Shown here: piece after piece, positions 1 through 7,337 of the stretch
How positions within the stretch are numbered: position 1 is the stretch's first letter
How the letters are laid out: each line of letters starts with the position of its first letter
Source: an uncultured Clostridia bacterium
GTDB taxonomy: Bacteria > Bacillota > Clostridia > Oscillospirales > Acutalibacteraceae
Assembly: GCA_946646305.1 (NCBI GenBank)
Contig: CAMPCO010000001.1
Coordinates: 1 to 39,394 of the forward strand
DNA: 39,394 nucleotides
Direction: 5' to 3'
Notes under the pieces: generated by a model
Database searches by the model: none
Told to the model about the DNA's origin: nothing
The model's input: only the letters and a program-made list of their open reading frames with translations
Translations under genes and position numbers: made by a program

Positions 1-28
1 ATCTTGTATATTTAGCGTTTATGACATA

Positions 29-57
29 TTGCAAACCACGATATGTTGTGGTAAAAT
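29..57 (+). promoter_or_regulatory. Putative sigma-A-type promoter of nrdG
   Basis: -35 TTGCAA (29-34), 17-bp spacer, extended -10 TGgTAAAAT (49-57), about 45 nt upstream of the nrdG ATG. Confidence 0.5.
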
Positions 58-83
58 ACTTTTTGCGACCATATATATTATAC
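36..83. promoter_or_regulatory. Tandem NrdR boxes overlapping the nrdG promoter
   Basis: Box 1 is ccacgatatgttgtgg (36-51) and fills the promoter spacer. Box 2 is accatatatattatac (68-83). Both resemble the 16-bp palindromic NrdR consensus acaCwAtATaTwGtgt, and their centres are 32 bp apart, which is typical tandem spacing. Confidence 0.6.
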
Positions 84-102
84 TATTTATCGGGGGTGTG
101 AT

Positions 103-795
103 ATGAAAATATACGGCTTTCAGAAAATGACCTTGCTTGATTTCCCCGGTCATGTTGCGGCAACGGTTTTCACCGGCGGATGCAATTTAAGGTGTCCTTT
201 TTGCCACAATGCCGCCCTTGTGACCGAAATCGATCCCGCGGCTATATATAATGAAGATGATATCATCGCCTTTTTGGCAAAGCGAACAAATCTGCTTGAT
301 GGCGTTGCCATAACCGGCGGCGAACCGCTTATGCAGGTTGATATATGCGGGTTTATTAAAAAGGTGAGGGGTTTGGGCTACAAGGTTAAGCTTGATACAA
401 ACGGCAGTTACCCCGATAAGCTGGAAGAGATAGTAAGCGAGCATTTGGTAGATTACATCGCAGTCGATATAAAAAACAGCCGCGAAAAGTATGCGCTTAC
501 CACAGGCGTTAAAGATTATGACCTGGCTTCCCTTGATAGATCGCTTGAAATTCTTAAAAACTGCGATATAGAGCATGAATTCCGCACTACTATTGTTAAA
601 GAACTTCACGAAACCGAGGACATAATAAAGATAGGCGAGTGGATGAAGGGCGAAAAGAACTACTTTTTGCAAAACTTTGTTGATAGCGGAAACCTCATAG
701 GAAGCGGTTTTTCCGCCGTTTCAAGGGAGAAGTTAGAGGAAATGCGCAAGGCAGCCACCCCTTATTTTGAAAATGTTGGGGTCAGAGGGATATAA
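103..795 (+). CDS. nrdG: Anaerobic ribonucleoside-triphosphate reductase activating protein (radical SAM)
   Basis: N-terminal GGCNLRCPFCHN radical-SAM CxxxCxxC cluster motif. GGGTG RBS 6-11 nt upstream. Lies beside nrdD and has NrdR boxes upstream. Confidence 0.9.
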   Translation: MKIYGFQKMTLLDFPGHVAATVFTGGCNLRCPFCHNAALVTEIDPAAIYNEDDIIAFLAKRTNLLDGVAITGGEPLMQVDICGFIKKVRGLGYKVKLDTNGSYPDKLEEIVSEHLVDYIAVDIKNSREKYALTTGVKDYDLASLDRSLEILKNCDIEHEFRTTIVKELHETEDIIKIGEWMKGEKNYFLQNFVDSGNLIGSGFSAVSREKLEEMRKAATPYFENVGVRGI

Positions 796-797
796 AA

Positions 798-845
798 ACA
801 CAAGATATTGTGTTTTTTCTCTTGACAAACCACAAATGATATGGT
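798..845. promoter_or_regulatory. Tandem NrdR boxes upstream of nrdD
   Basis: Box 1 is ACACAAGATATTGTGT (798-813), a near-perfect palindrome matching the NrdR consensus. Box 2 is ccacaaatgatatggt (830-845); it is weaker and sits inside the promoter spacer. Centres are 32 bp apart. Confidence 0.7.
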
Positions 846-850
846 ATATT
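822..850 (+). promoter_or_regulatory. Putative sigma-A-type promoter of nrdD
   Basis: -35 TTGACA (822-827), 17-bp spacer, -10 TATATT (845-850), 35 nt upstream of the ATG at 885. Confidence 0.55.
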
Positions 851-884
851 CTTAAATACAGCAATAAAAATATGGAGGATAAAT

Positions 885-3260
885 ATGTATTCAGTAACCA
901 AACGAGACGGTCAGATAGTTGGCTTTGAACTGGGAAAAATAAAGGATGCTATTATTAAAGCATTTGAAGCATGCCAAAGGGAATATAACCCCGAGGTTAT
1001 AGATTTTCTTTGTTTAAAAGTTACAGCTGATTTTGAGCCGAAGATTGAAAACGGAACTATCACCGTTGAAAAAATTCAGGATAGTGTTGAATCGGTTTTA
1101 AGCAAAGCCGGTTATGATGATGTTTCTAAGGCTTATATCCTTTATCGCCGTCAGCACGAAAAAATTCGTAACATTTCAAATACAATGGTTGACTATAAGT
1201 CGATTGTTGATAACTATCTTAATGTTGCAGACTGGCGCGTTAAGGAAAACTCCACCGTTACCTATTCGGTAGGCGGTCTTATCCTTTCAAACTCGGGCGC
1301 TATCACTGCTAACTATTGGCTTTCCGAAATATATGATGATGAAATCGGCAATGCTCACCGCAATGCGGATATTCATATTCATGACCTTTCCATGCTTACA
1401 GGTTACTGCGCAGGTTGGTCACTCAAGCAGCTCATTCAGGAAGGTCTCGGCGGTGTTCCCGGCAAGATTACTTCTTCTCCCGCTTCCCACCTTTCAACCC
1501 TCTGCAACCAGATGGTTAACTTCCTCGGTATTATGCAGAACGAATGGGCGGGCGCGCAGGCGTTTTCATCCTTTGATACTTATCTTGCTCCCTTTGTTAA
1601 GGCGGACAACCTTACCTATAAGGAAGTTAAACAGTGCATTCAATCCTTCATTTACGGTGTAAATACTCCTTCTCGTTGGGGTACTCAATCACCCTTTACC
1701 AATGTAACACTTGACTGGACAGTTCCTAACGACCTTGCAGAACTCAACTGCATCGTAGGCGGCAAGGAAATGGACTTTAAGTATAAAGATTGTAAGAAAG
1801 AAATGGATATGGTAAACAAGGCGTTTATCGAAATCATGATCGAAGGCGATGCCAACGGTCGCGGCTTCCAGTATCCTATTCCGACCTATTCAATCACCCG
1901 TGATTTTGACTGGTCTGACACAGAAAACAACCGTTTGCTCTTTGAAATGACCGCAAAATACGGCACACCTTATTTCTCTAACTATATCAACAGCGATATG
2001 GAACCCAGCGATGTTCGCTCTATGTGCTGCAGACTTCGTCTTGACCTTCGTGAGCTTCGCAAAAAGTCGGGCGGTTTCTTCGGAAGCGGTGAGTCAACAG
2101 GTTCTGTCGGCGTTGTTACCATCAATATGCCGCGTATAGCCTATCTTTCCGAAACACCGGAAGAATTCTATAAGCGCCTTGACCATATGATGGATATTTC
2201 CGCCCGTTCACTTAAAGTTAAGAGAACAGTTATCACAAAGCTTCTTGAAAACGGTCTTTATCCTTATACCAAGCGCTATCTCGGCACATTTAACAACCAC
2301 TTCTCAACCATCGGTCTTGTTGGTATGAACGAAGCAGGTCTTAACGCCAAGTGGCTCAGGAAAGATATGACCCATAAGGAAACCCAGCAGTTTACCATTG
2401 ATGTATTAAATCATATGCGTGAGCGCCTTTCCGATTATCAGGAGCTTTACGGCGACCTTTACAACTTAGAGGCAACACCTGCCGAGTCAACCTCTTACCG
2501 TCTTGCTAAGCACGATAAGAAGCATTATCCCGATATCATCACCGCCAACGAAAACGGCACACCTTACTACACCAACTCTTCTCATCTGCCGGTTGGCTTT
2601 ACCGAGGATGTATTCACGGCTCTTGATATTCAGGATGAATTGCAGACCCTTTATACCTCAGGTACCGTTTTCCACGCATTCCTCGGTGAAAAACTTCCCG
2701 ATTGGTCTGCGGCGGCAAATCTTGTAAGAAAGATTGCCGAAAACTACAAACTGCCTTACTACACCATGTCTCCGACATATTCTGTATGTAAGAACCACGG
2801 CTATCTCACCGGCGAGCAGTTCTCCTGCCCGATATGCGGCGAAAAGACCGAGGTTTACAGCCGTATCACCGGTTACTATCGCCCGGTACAAAACTGGAAC
2901 GATGGTAAGGCTCAGGAATATCAAGACAGAAAGACCTATGATATTGCTCATTCTCATCTCACCCACGATGGCGTTATAGGTGCCGATGCCAAACCGCAAA
3001 CCGAAGCGACAGCCACCGTTAGTGCGGATAGCGAAAACGCAACCTATCTCTTTGCAACACCCACTTGCCCCAACTGCAAAATAGCGGCAAGCCTGCTTGA
3101 TAAACAGGGTGTGGCTTATGAAAAGGTTTTTGCAAACGAGCATGTCGATATGGTTGAAAAATTCGGTATTAAGCAAGCTCCCACCCTTGTAGAGGTTAGA
3201 AACGGCGAGTTTGAGAAATTTACCGGTGTATCTGATATAAAGAAACATCTTAACATTTGA
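885..3260 (+). CDS. nrdD: Anaerobic (class III) ribonucleoside-triphosphate reductase with a C-terminal thioredoxin/glutaredoxin-fold extension
   Basis: N-terminal ATP-cone-like region (VTKRDGQIVGFELGKI). Finger-loop RSMCCRLRLD. Zn-ribbon CKNH...CPIC. Glycyl-radical motif SRITGYYRPV (G663). About 125 additional in-frame codons end in a CPNC redoxin-like module. GGAGGA RBS. Confidence 0.95.
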   Translation: MYSVTKRDGQIVGFELGKIKDAIIKAFEACQREYNPEVIDFLCLKVTADFEPKIENGTITVEKIQDSVESVLSKAGYDDVSKAYILYRRQHEKIRNISNTMVDYKSIVDNYLNVADWRVKENSTVTYSVGGLILSNSGAITANYWLSEIYDDEIGNAHRNADIHIHDLSMLTGYCAGWSLKQLIQEGLGGVPGKITSSPASHLSTLCNQMVNFLGIMQNEWAGAQAFSSFDTYLAPFVKADNLTYKEVKQCIQSFIYGVNTPSRWGTQSPFTNVTLDWTVPNDLAELNCIVGGKEMDFKYKDCKKEMDMVNKAFIEIMIEGDANGRGFQYPIPTYSITRDFDWSDTENNRLLFEMTAKYGTPYFSNYINSDMEPSDVRSMCCRLRLDLRELRKKSGGFFGSGESTGSVGVVTINMPRIAYLSETPEEFYKRLDHMMDISARSLKVKRTVITKLLENGLYPYTKRYLGTFNNHFSTIGLVGMNEAGLNAKWLRKDMTHKETQQFTIDVLNHMRERLSDYQELYGDLYNLEATPAESTSYRLAKHDKKHYPDIITANENGTPYYTNSSHLPVGFTEDVFTALDIQDELQTLYTSGTVFHAFLGEKLPDWSAAANLVRKIAENYKLPYYTMSPTYSVCKNHGYLTGEQFSCPICGEKTEVYSRITGYYRPVQNWNDGKAQEYQDRKTYDIAHSHLTHDGVIGADAKPQTEATATVSADSENATYLFATPTCPNCKIAASLLDKQGVAYEKVFANEHVDMVEKFGIKQAPTLVEVRNGEFEKFTGVSDIKKHLNI

Positions 3261-3270
3261 GTTGATTTTT

Positions 3271-4179
3271 ATGTATGATATTATAATTATCGGCGGCGGC
3301 CCTGCGGGGCTCGTCGCCGCAGTATATGCGCGCCGCGCGCAAAAAAGCGTTCTCGTAATTGAAAAAGAGGTCTTCGGCGGACAGATAACCTTTTCGCCTA
3401 AGGTTGAAAACATACCCGGCTTTAAAGAACTTTCGGGCAATGAGTTTGCCGAAAATCTGGTTGACCAGGCAATAAACCTCGGCGCGGATTTTGAAATGTG
3501 CGAAGCGGTATCGGTAAAACAGGGGGATATAAAAACCGTTGTGACCGATTCGGGCGAGTATGAGGGCAAGGCCGTTATAATCGCAACCGGCGCCAAGCAC
3601 CGCAGATTAGGTCTTCCAAACGAGGATAAATTCATCGGCGAGGGAATATCCTTTTGCGCCGTTTGTGACGGTGCTTTTTATAAGGATAAAACCGTTGCCG
3701 TTATCGGCGGCGGCAATTCCGCTTTGCAGGAAGCCATTTTATTGTCCGAGCAGGCAAAAAAAGTTTATGTTATTCAAAACCTTGATTTTTTAACCGGCGA
3801 AGCCGCTTTGCAGGAGCAATTAAAGGCAAAGCCCAATGTTGAAATAATCTTGGGCTCCGTGCTTGATGCATATCTTGGCGAAGATGAAATCAAAGGCGTT
3901 CGCATAAAACGCGAAAAGGATGGGGAACTTTCCGAAATCGCGCTTGACGGCGTTTTCCTTGCGATTGGTCTTATCCCGCAGAACGAGGCTTTTGCCGATA
4001 TTATTCCTCTTGATGAAAGGGGATATGCAATAGCCGATGAAAACTGCCTTTTAGATGGCGGAATATTTGTTGCGGGCGATTGCAGAACCAAGAAAATCAG
4101 GCAGGTTACAACCGCCGCCGCGGATGGTGCGGTTGCCGCGCTTGCCGCCTGCGATTATATTGAAACCTTGACAAAATAA
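3271..4179 (+). CDS. trxB: Thioredoxin-disulfide reductase homologue (low-Mr TrxR family) with a non-canonical pyridine-nucleotide site
   Basis: GGGPAG FAD motif, redox-active CAVC, second GGGNSA dinucleotide motif and C-terminal GDC motif. ATG 3271 was chosen as the start because it gives MYDIIIIGGGPAG. The ORF track's TTG at 3262 is an alternative. No strong SD, so translation may be coupled to nrdD. Confidence 0.85.
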   Translation: MYDIIIIGGGPAGLVAAVYARRAQKSVLVIEKEVFGGQITFSPKVENIPGFKELSGNEFAENLVDQAINLGADFEMCEAVSVKQGDIKTVVTDSGEYEGKAVIIATGAKHRRLGLPNEDKFIGEGISFCAVCDGAFYKDKTVAVIGGGNSALQEAILLSEQAKKVYVIQNLDFLTGEAALQEQLKAKPNVEIILGSVLDAYLGEDEIKGVRIKREKDGELSEIALDGVFLAIGLIPQNEAFADIIPLDERGYAIADENCLLDGGIFVAGDCRTKKIRQVTTAAADGAVAALAACDYIETLTK

Positions 4180-4230
4180 CTCTATGCGAGTATAATCTTT
4201 ACACACAAGTCTTTTAATGGGAGTGTTGAT

Positions 4231-4365
4231 ATGAAAAAGATTATTGCGCTCGTAGTATCAGTTCTGCTTATGGCAACGGTTTTTTGCTCTTGCCGAACGG
4301 TAAATGATACAAAACCGAAAAATGAAACCACAAACCCTAACCCGATTGCAAGAGTGGTAAAATAA
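4231..4365 (+). CDS. Hypothetical 44-aa secreted peptide or lipoprotein (below the ORF-track cutoff)
   Basis: MKKIIALVVSVLLMATVFCSCRTVNDTKPKNETTNPNPIARVVK. Has a signal-peptide-like N-terminus with Cys residues after the hydrophobic core, a GGGAG RBS 7 nt upstream, a TATAAT-like element at 4191-4196, and a strong terminator immediately downstream. Confidence 0.45.
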   Translation: MKKIIALVVSVLLMATVFCSCRTVNDTKPKNETTNPNPIARVVK

Positions 4366-4370
4366 GTTTA

Positions 4371-4405
4371 ATCCCGTATCGCCTTGGGCGATACGGGATT
4401 TTGTT
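4371..4405. terminator. Rho-independent terminator shared by two convergent small ORFs
   Basis: Perfect 13-bp stem atcccgtatcgcc / ggcgatacgggat (4371-4383 / 4387-4399) followed by TTTGTT on the plus strand. An A/T-rich tract on the other side makes bidirectional use plausible. Confidence 0.7.
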
Positions 4406-4406
4406 A

Positions 4407-4550
4407 TTATTCGCAGTCTTCTGAATTGTTGTTCTTCTTGTTAGAATAAGAATTAAGCTTCTTTTCAGTCTCGTTATTATTATATTGCTTATTCTTTTCA
4501 GCCTGAGACTTTTTGTTTTGCATTTCCTGCCTTTGCTTATTTTTAGACAT
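4407..4550 (-). CDS. Hypothetical 47-aa highly hydrophilic K/N/Q-rich protein (below the ORF-track cutoff)
   Basis: Hand translation: MSKNKQRQEMQNKKSQAEKNKQYNNNETEKKLNSYSNKKNNNSEDCE. GAGGTG SD 7 nt upstream of the ATG (4548-4550), TAA stop at 4407-4409, terminator just downstream. Confidence 0.45.
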   Translation of the reverse strand: MSKNKQRQEMQNKKSQAEKNKQYNNNETEKKLNSYSNKKNNNSEDCE

Positions 4551-4553
4551 AAA

Positions 4554-4598
4554 AAATCACCTCGCTTTTAGTTATTATGTACTTTGGCGGGGTGATTT
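4554..4598 (-). promoter_or_regulatory. Hairpin between tatD and the 47-aa sORF that contains the sORF Shine-Dalgarno sequence
   Basis: 12-bp arms aaatcacctcgc (4554-4565) and gcggggtgattt (4587-4598), one mismatch, 21-nt loop. On the minus-strand RNA the 3' arm is GCGAGGTGATTT, followed by TTT and the ATG. Confidence 0.4.
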
Positions 4599-4602
4599 AT
4601 TC

Positions 4603-5391
4603 TTATTCTATTGCAAAAAGTGTTTTGGCATTTTTTGCCGTAAGTTTTAGTATATCTTCTGCGGAAACGCCTCTTATTTCGGCTAATTTTGCGGCGGTAA
4701 GCGGAATATACCCGCTATGGCAAAGCCTGCCTCTGTACGGCTCGGGCGCAAGATAGGGGCAATCGGTTTCGATAAGCAGTTTGTCATCGGGAACAATTTG
4801 CGCGACATCGGGCAGTTTTTTAGCATTTTTAAAGGTAATTACACCGCCGATGCCGATATACATCCCAAGCTTTAATATCTCTTTTGCCATCTCGACACTG
4901 CCCGAAAAGCAATGAACAACGCCTTTTGGTTTGTAGGCTTTTAGAATATTAAGGGTATCTTCGTGGGCATCGCGGTCATGAACAATTATCGGCAAATCTA
5001 ATTCCTTTGCGATAATAATCTGCTTTTTAAACAGTTCTTTTTGTTCTTCTGCTTTGTCTTTTTCCCAATAATAATCGAGCCCTATTTCACCGATGGCAAC
5101 GCATTTTTTATGACTGCATAATGCTTTTATTTCATCCGCATTTTCGCCTTTTGATATTTCCTGCGGATGAATACCCACCGCGGCATAGATAAAATCATAC
5201 TTTTCGGCAAGCATTAAAGCCGCTTTTGAAGAGTTTATATCACAACCGCAGGTGATAATACCCATAACACCGCAACCGGACATAGCGGGTATCAGTTCAT
5301 CTCTTATGCTATCAAATTTTGCGTCATCCAAATGAGCGTGACTGTCAAAAATCAGTGGCTCATCTAAAATACATTCCTTTGGGTATTCCAT
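4603..5391 (-). CDS. tatD: TatD-family metal-dependent DNase/hydrolase
   Basis: FDSHAHLDD N-terminal metal motif and later conserved VHCFSG and ETDCPYL motifs. Start ATG overlaps the metG stop (TAATG), matching the conserved metG-tatD(yabD) pairing of Firmicutes. Confidence 0.9.
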   Translation of the reverse strand: MEYPKECILDEPLIFDSHAHLDDAKFDSIRDELIPAMSGCGVMGIITCGCDINSSKAALMLAEKYDFIYAAVGIHPQEISKGENADEIKALCSHKKCVAIGEIGLDYYWEKDKAEEQKELFKKQIIIAKELDLPIIVHDRDAHEDTLNILKAYKPKGVVHCFSGSVEMAKEILKLGMYIGIGGVITFKNAKKLPDVAQIVPDDKLLIETDCPYLAPEPYRGRLCHSGYIPLTAAKLAEIRGVSAEDILKLTAKNAKTLFAIE

Positions 5392-7313
5392 TATCTCACC
5401 GTACTGCCGGGGGCAATACCATCGGCGAAAATAACGCGAATGCCATCCTTTGTGTCGGCGGCAAGTATCATTCCGCAGCTTTCTATTCCGAAAAGCTTTG
5501 CGGGTTTTAGGTTTGCAACCACTATAACCGTTTTGCCGATAAGGTCATCGGGTTTATAATATTTGGCAATACCTGAAGCCACCGTTCTTTCCTTGCCACT
5601 GCCGTCATCAAGGGTAAGCTTTAGCAGTTTTTCGGATTTTTTCACCGCTTCGCACGAGGTAACGCGGGCGGTTTTAAGTTCTATTTTAGCAAATTCATCA
5701 ATGGAAATCTGCGGCAGAGTAACAATGTTTTCTGCGTTTTCTTCCTTTGTTTCTTTCTCTTTTTCCGCTAAAATTTCGCTTATAACCTTTTCTGCATCAA
5801 TTCTTGCAAAAAGCGGAGTAGCTTCGCCCACAGAGAACTTTTCGCTCTCGCCAAAGGCAAGGGAATTATCCTTTGTGCCGAGTTGTTCCATTATCTTTTC
5901 GGCGCTTCCCGGAATAATCGGCAGATACATTGTGGCAATAAGCCTGATGCATTCAAGCAGGTTATAAAGAACATCATTAAGCCTTGCTTTGTTATTCTCA
6001 TCCTTTGCAAGCGCCCAGGGTGTTGTTTCATCTATATATTTATTACAGCGCTTGGCAAGGTTTAAAACCGTATTAACGGCATCCGCATTGTGATAATCTT
6101 CCATAAAGGACAGATAGTTTTCAATCGTTTCTTTTGCCGTTGTGATAAGCTCGGTATCAAGGCTTGTATTCTCTTTGGGCTTTGTAACTGTTCCGCCAAA
6201 GTATTTGTTTGTCATGGCAATAGAACGGTTAACAAGGTTGCCGAGCGTATTTGCAAGGCAGGTATTGTAAACACCTATAAAGTTTTCATAGGTAATACTG
6301 CCGTCTTGGGTGAAGGGTATTTCGCTTAAAAGATAATATCTTACCGCGTCAACGCCAAAACGGTTTGCCAAATCATCGGAATATATAACATTGCCTTTTG
6401 ATTTGCTCATCTTATCCTCGCCGAAAAGCACCCACGGGTGACCAAGCACCTTTTTAGGCAGCGGCTCGCCGAGCGCCATAAGAATTATCGGCCAGTAAAT
6501 CGTATGGAACCTTACAATATCTTTGCCGATAACATGAAGGTCGGCAGGCCAAAGTTTTTTGTATCTTTCATCGGGGTTTTCGGTATCATAACCTATACCT
6601 GTTATATAGTTTGAAAGCGCATCTATCCAAACATAGATAACATGTCCCGGGTCAAACTCAACCGGGATACCCCATTTAAAGGATGAACGCGAAACGCATA
6701 AATCGGCAAGACCGGGTTTTATAAAGTTGTTTATCATCTCGTTTCTGCGGGAAGCGGGGGCGATAAAATCAGGATGCTCTTCAAAATGTTTCATAAGCCT
6801 GTCCTGATACTTTGAAAGGCGGAGGAAATATGCTTCTTCCTTTGCATCAATTACATCGCTTCCGCAATCGGGGCATTTGCCGTCAACAAGTTGTGATTCG
6901 GTAAAGAAAGATTCGCAGGGAACACAGTATTTACCCTCATAAGTGCCCTTGTAAATATCGCCGTTTTCGTAAAGCTTTTTAAAGATTTTTGAAACGGTTT
7001 TTTCGTGATAATCATCGGTTGTTCTTATGAACTTATCATAGCTTGTGTTAAGCCCGTCCCAAACCGCTTTGATTTCGGAAGAAATATTATCAACATATTC
7101 TTTCGGTGATATACCTGCGGCTTTGGCGTATTCTTCAATTTTCTGTCCGTGTTCATCAGAACCGGTCATAAAGAAAACATCGAAGCCCCTCATCCTTTTA
7201 TATCTCGCAATCATATCCGCAAGCACAACATCATAGGTGTTGCCGATATGCGGTTTTCTGGATGTGTAGGCAATCGCCGTTGTAATATAAAACTTTTCCT
7301 TTTCTTTGCACAT
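5391..7313 (-). CDS. metG: Methionine--tRNA ligase with a C-terminal tRNA-binding (EMAP/Trbp111-like) domain
   Basis: HIGH-type motif KPHIGNTYD, KMSKS motif, Zn knuckle CVPC...CPDC, and a C-terminal OB-fold segment IELKTARV...VANLKPAKLFGIES. AGGAGA RBS. Confidence 0.95.
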   Translation of the reverse strand: MCKEKEKFYITTAIAYTSRKPHIGNTYDVVLADMIARYKRMRGFDVFFMTGSDEHGQKIEEYAKAAGISPKEYVDNISSEIKAVWDGLNTSYDKFIRTTDDYHEKTVSKIFKKLYENGDIYKGTYEGKYCVPCESFFTESQLVDGKCPDCGSDVIDAKEEAYFLRLSKYQDRLMKHFEEHPDFIAPASRRNEMINNFIKPGLADLCVSRSSFKWGIPVEFDPGHVIYVWIDALSNYITGIGYDTENPDERYKKLWPADLHVIGKDIVRFHTIYWPIILMALGEPLPKKVLGHPWVLFGEDKMSKSKGNVIYSDDLANRFGVDAVRYYLLSEIPFTQDGSITYENFIGVYNTCLANTLGNLVNRSIAMTNKYFGGTVTKPKENTSLDTELITTAKETIENYLSFMEDYHNADAVNTVLNLAKRCNKYIDETTPWALAKDENNKARLNDVLYNLLECIRLIATMYLPIIPGSAEKIMEQLGTKDNSLAFGESEKFSVGEATPLFARIDAEKVISEILAEKEKETKEENAENIVTLPQISIDEFAKIELKTARVTSCEAVKKSEKLLKLTLDDGSGKERTVASGIAKYYKPDDLIGKTVIVVANLKPAKLFGIESCGMILAADTKDGIRVIFADGIAPGSTVR

Positions 7314-7337
7314 AAAATATTATCTCCTAAAAAGTAA

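Noticed and set aside
2658-3635. 325-aa minus-strand ORF spanning the nrdD 3' end and the trxB 5' end.
   Set aside because: It is fully antisense to two genes with unmistakable family motifs. Its sequence is low-complexity and Ser/Pro/Ala/Ile-rich, with no RBS. This is a typical shadow ORF.
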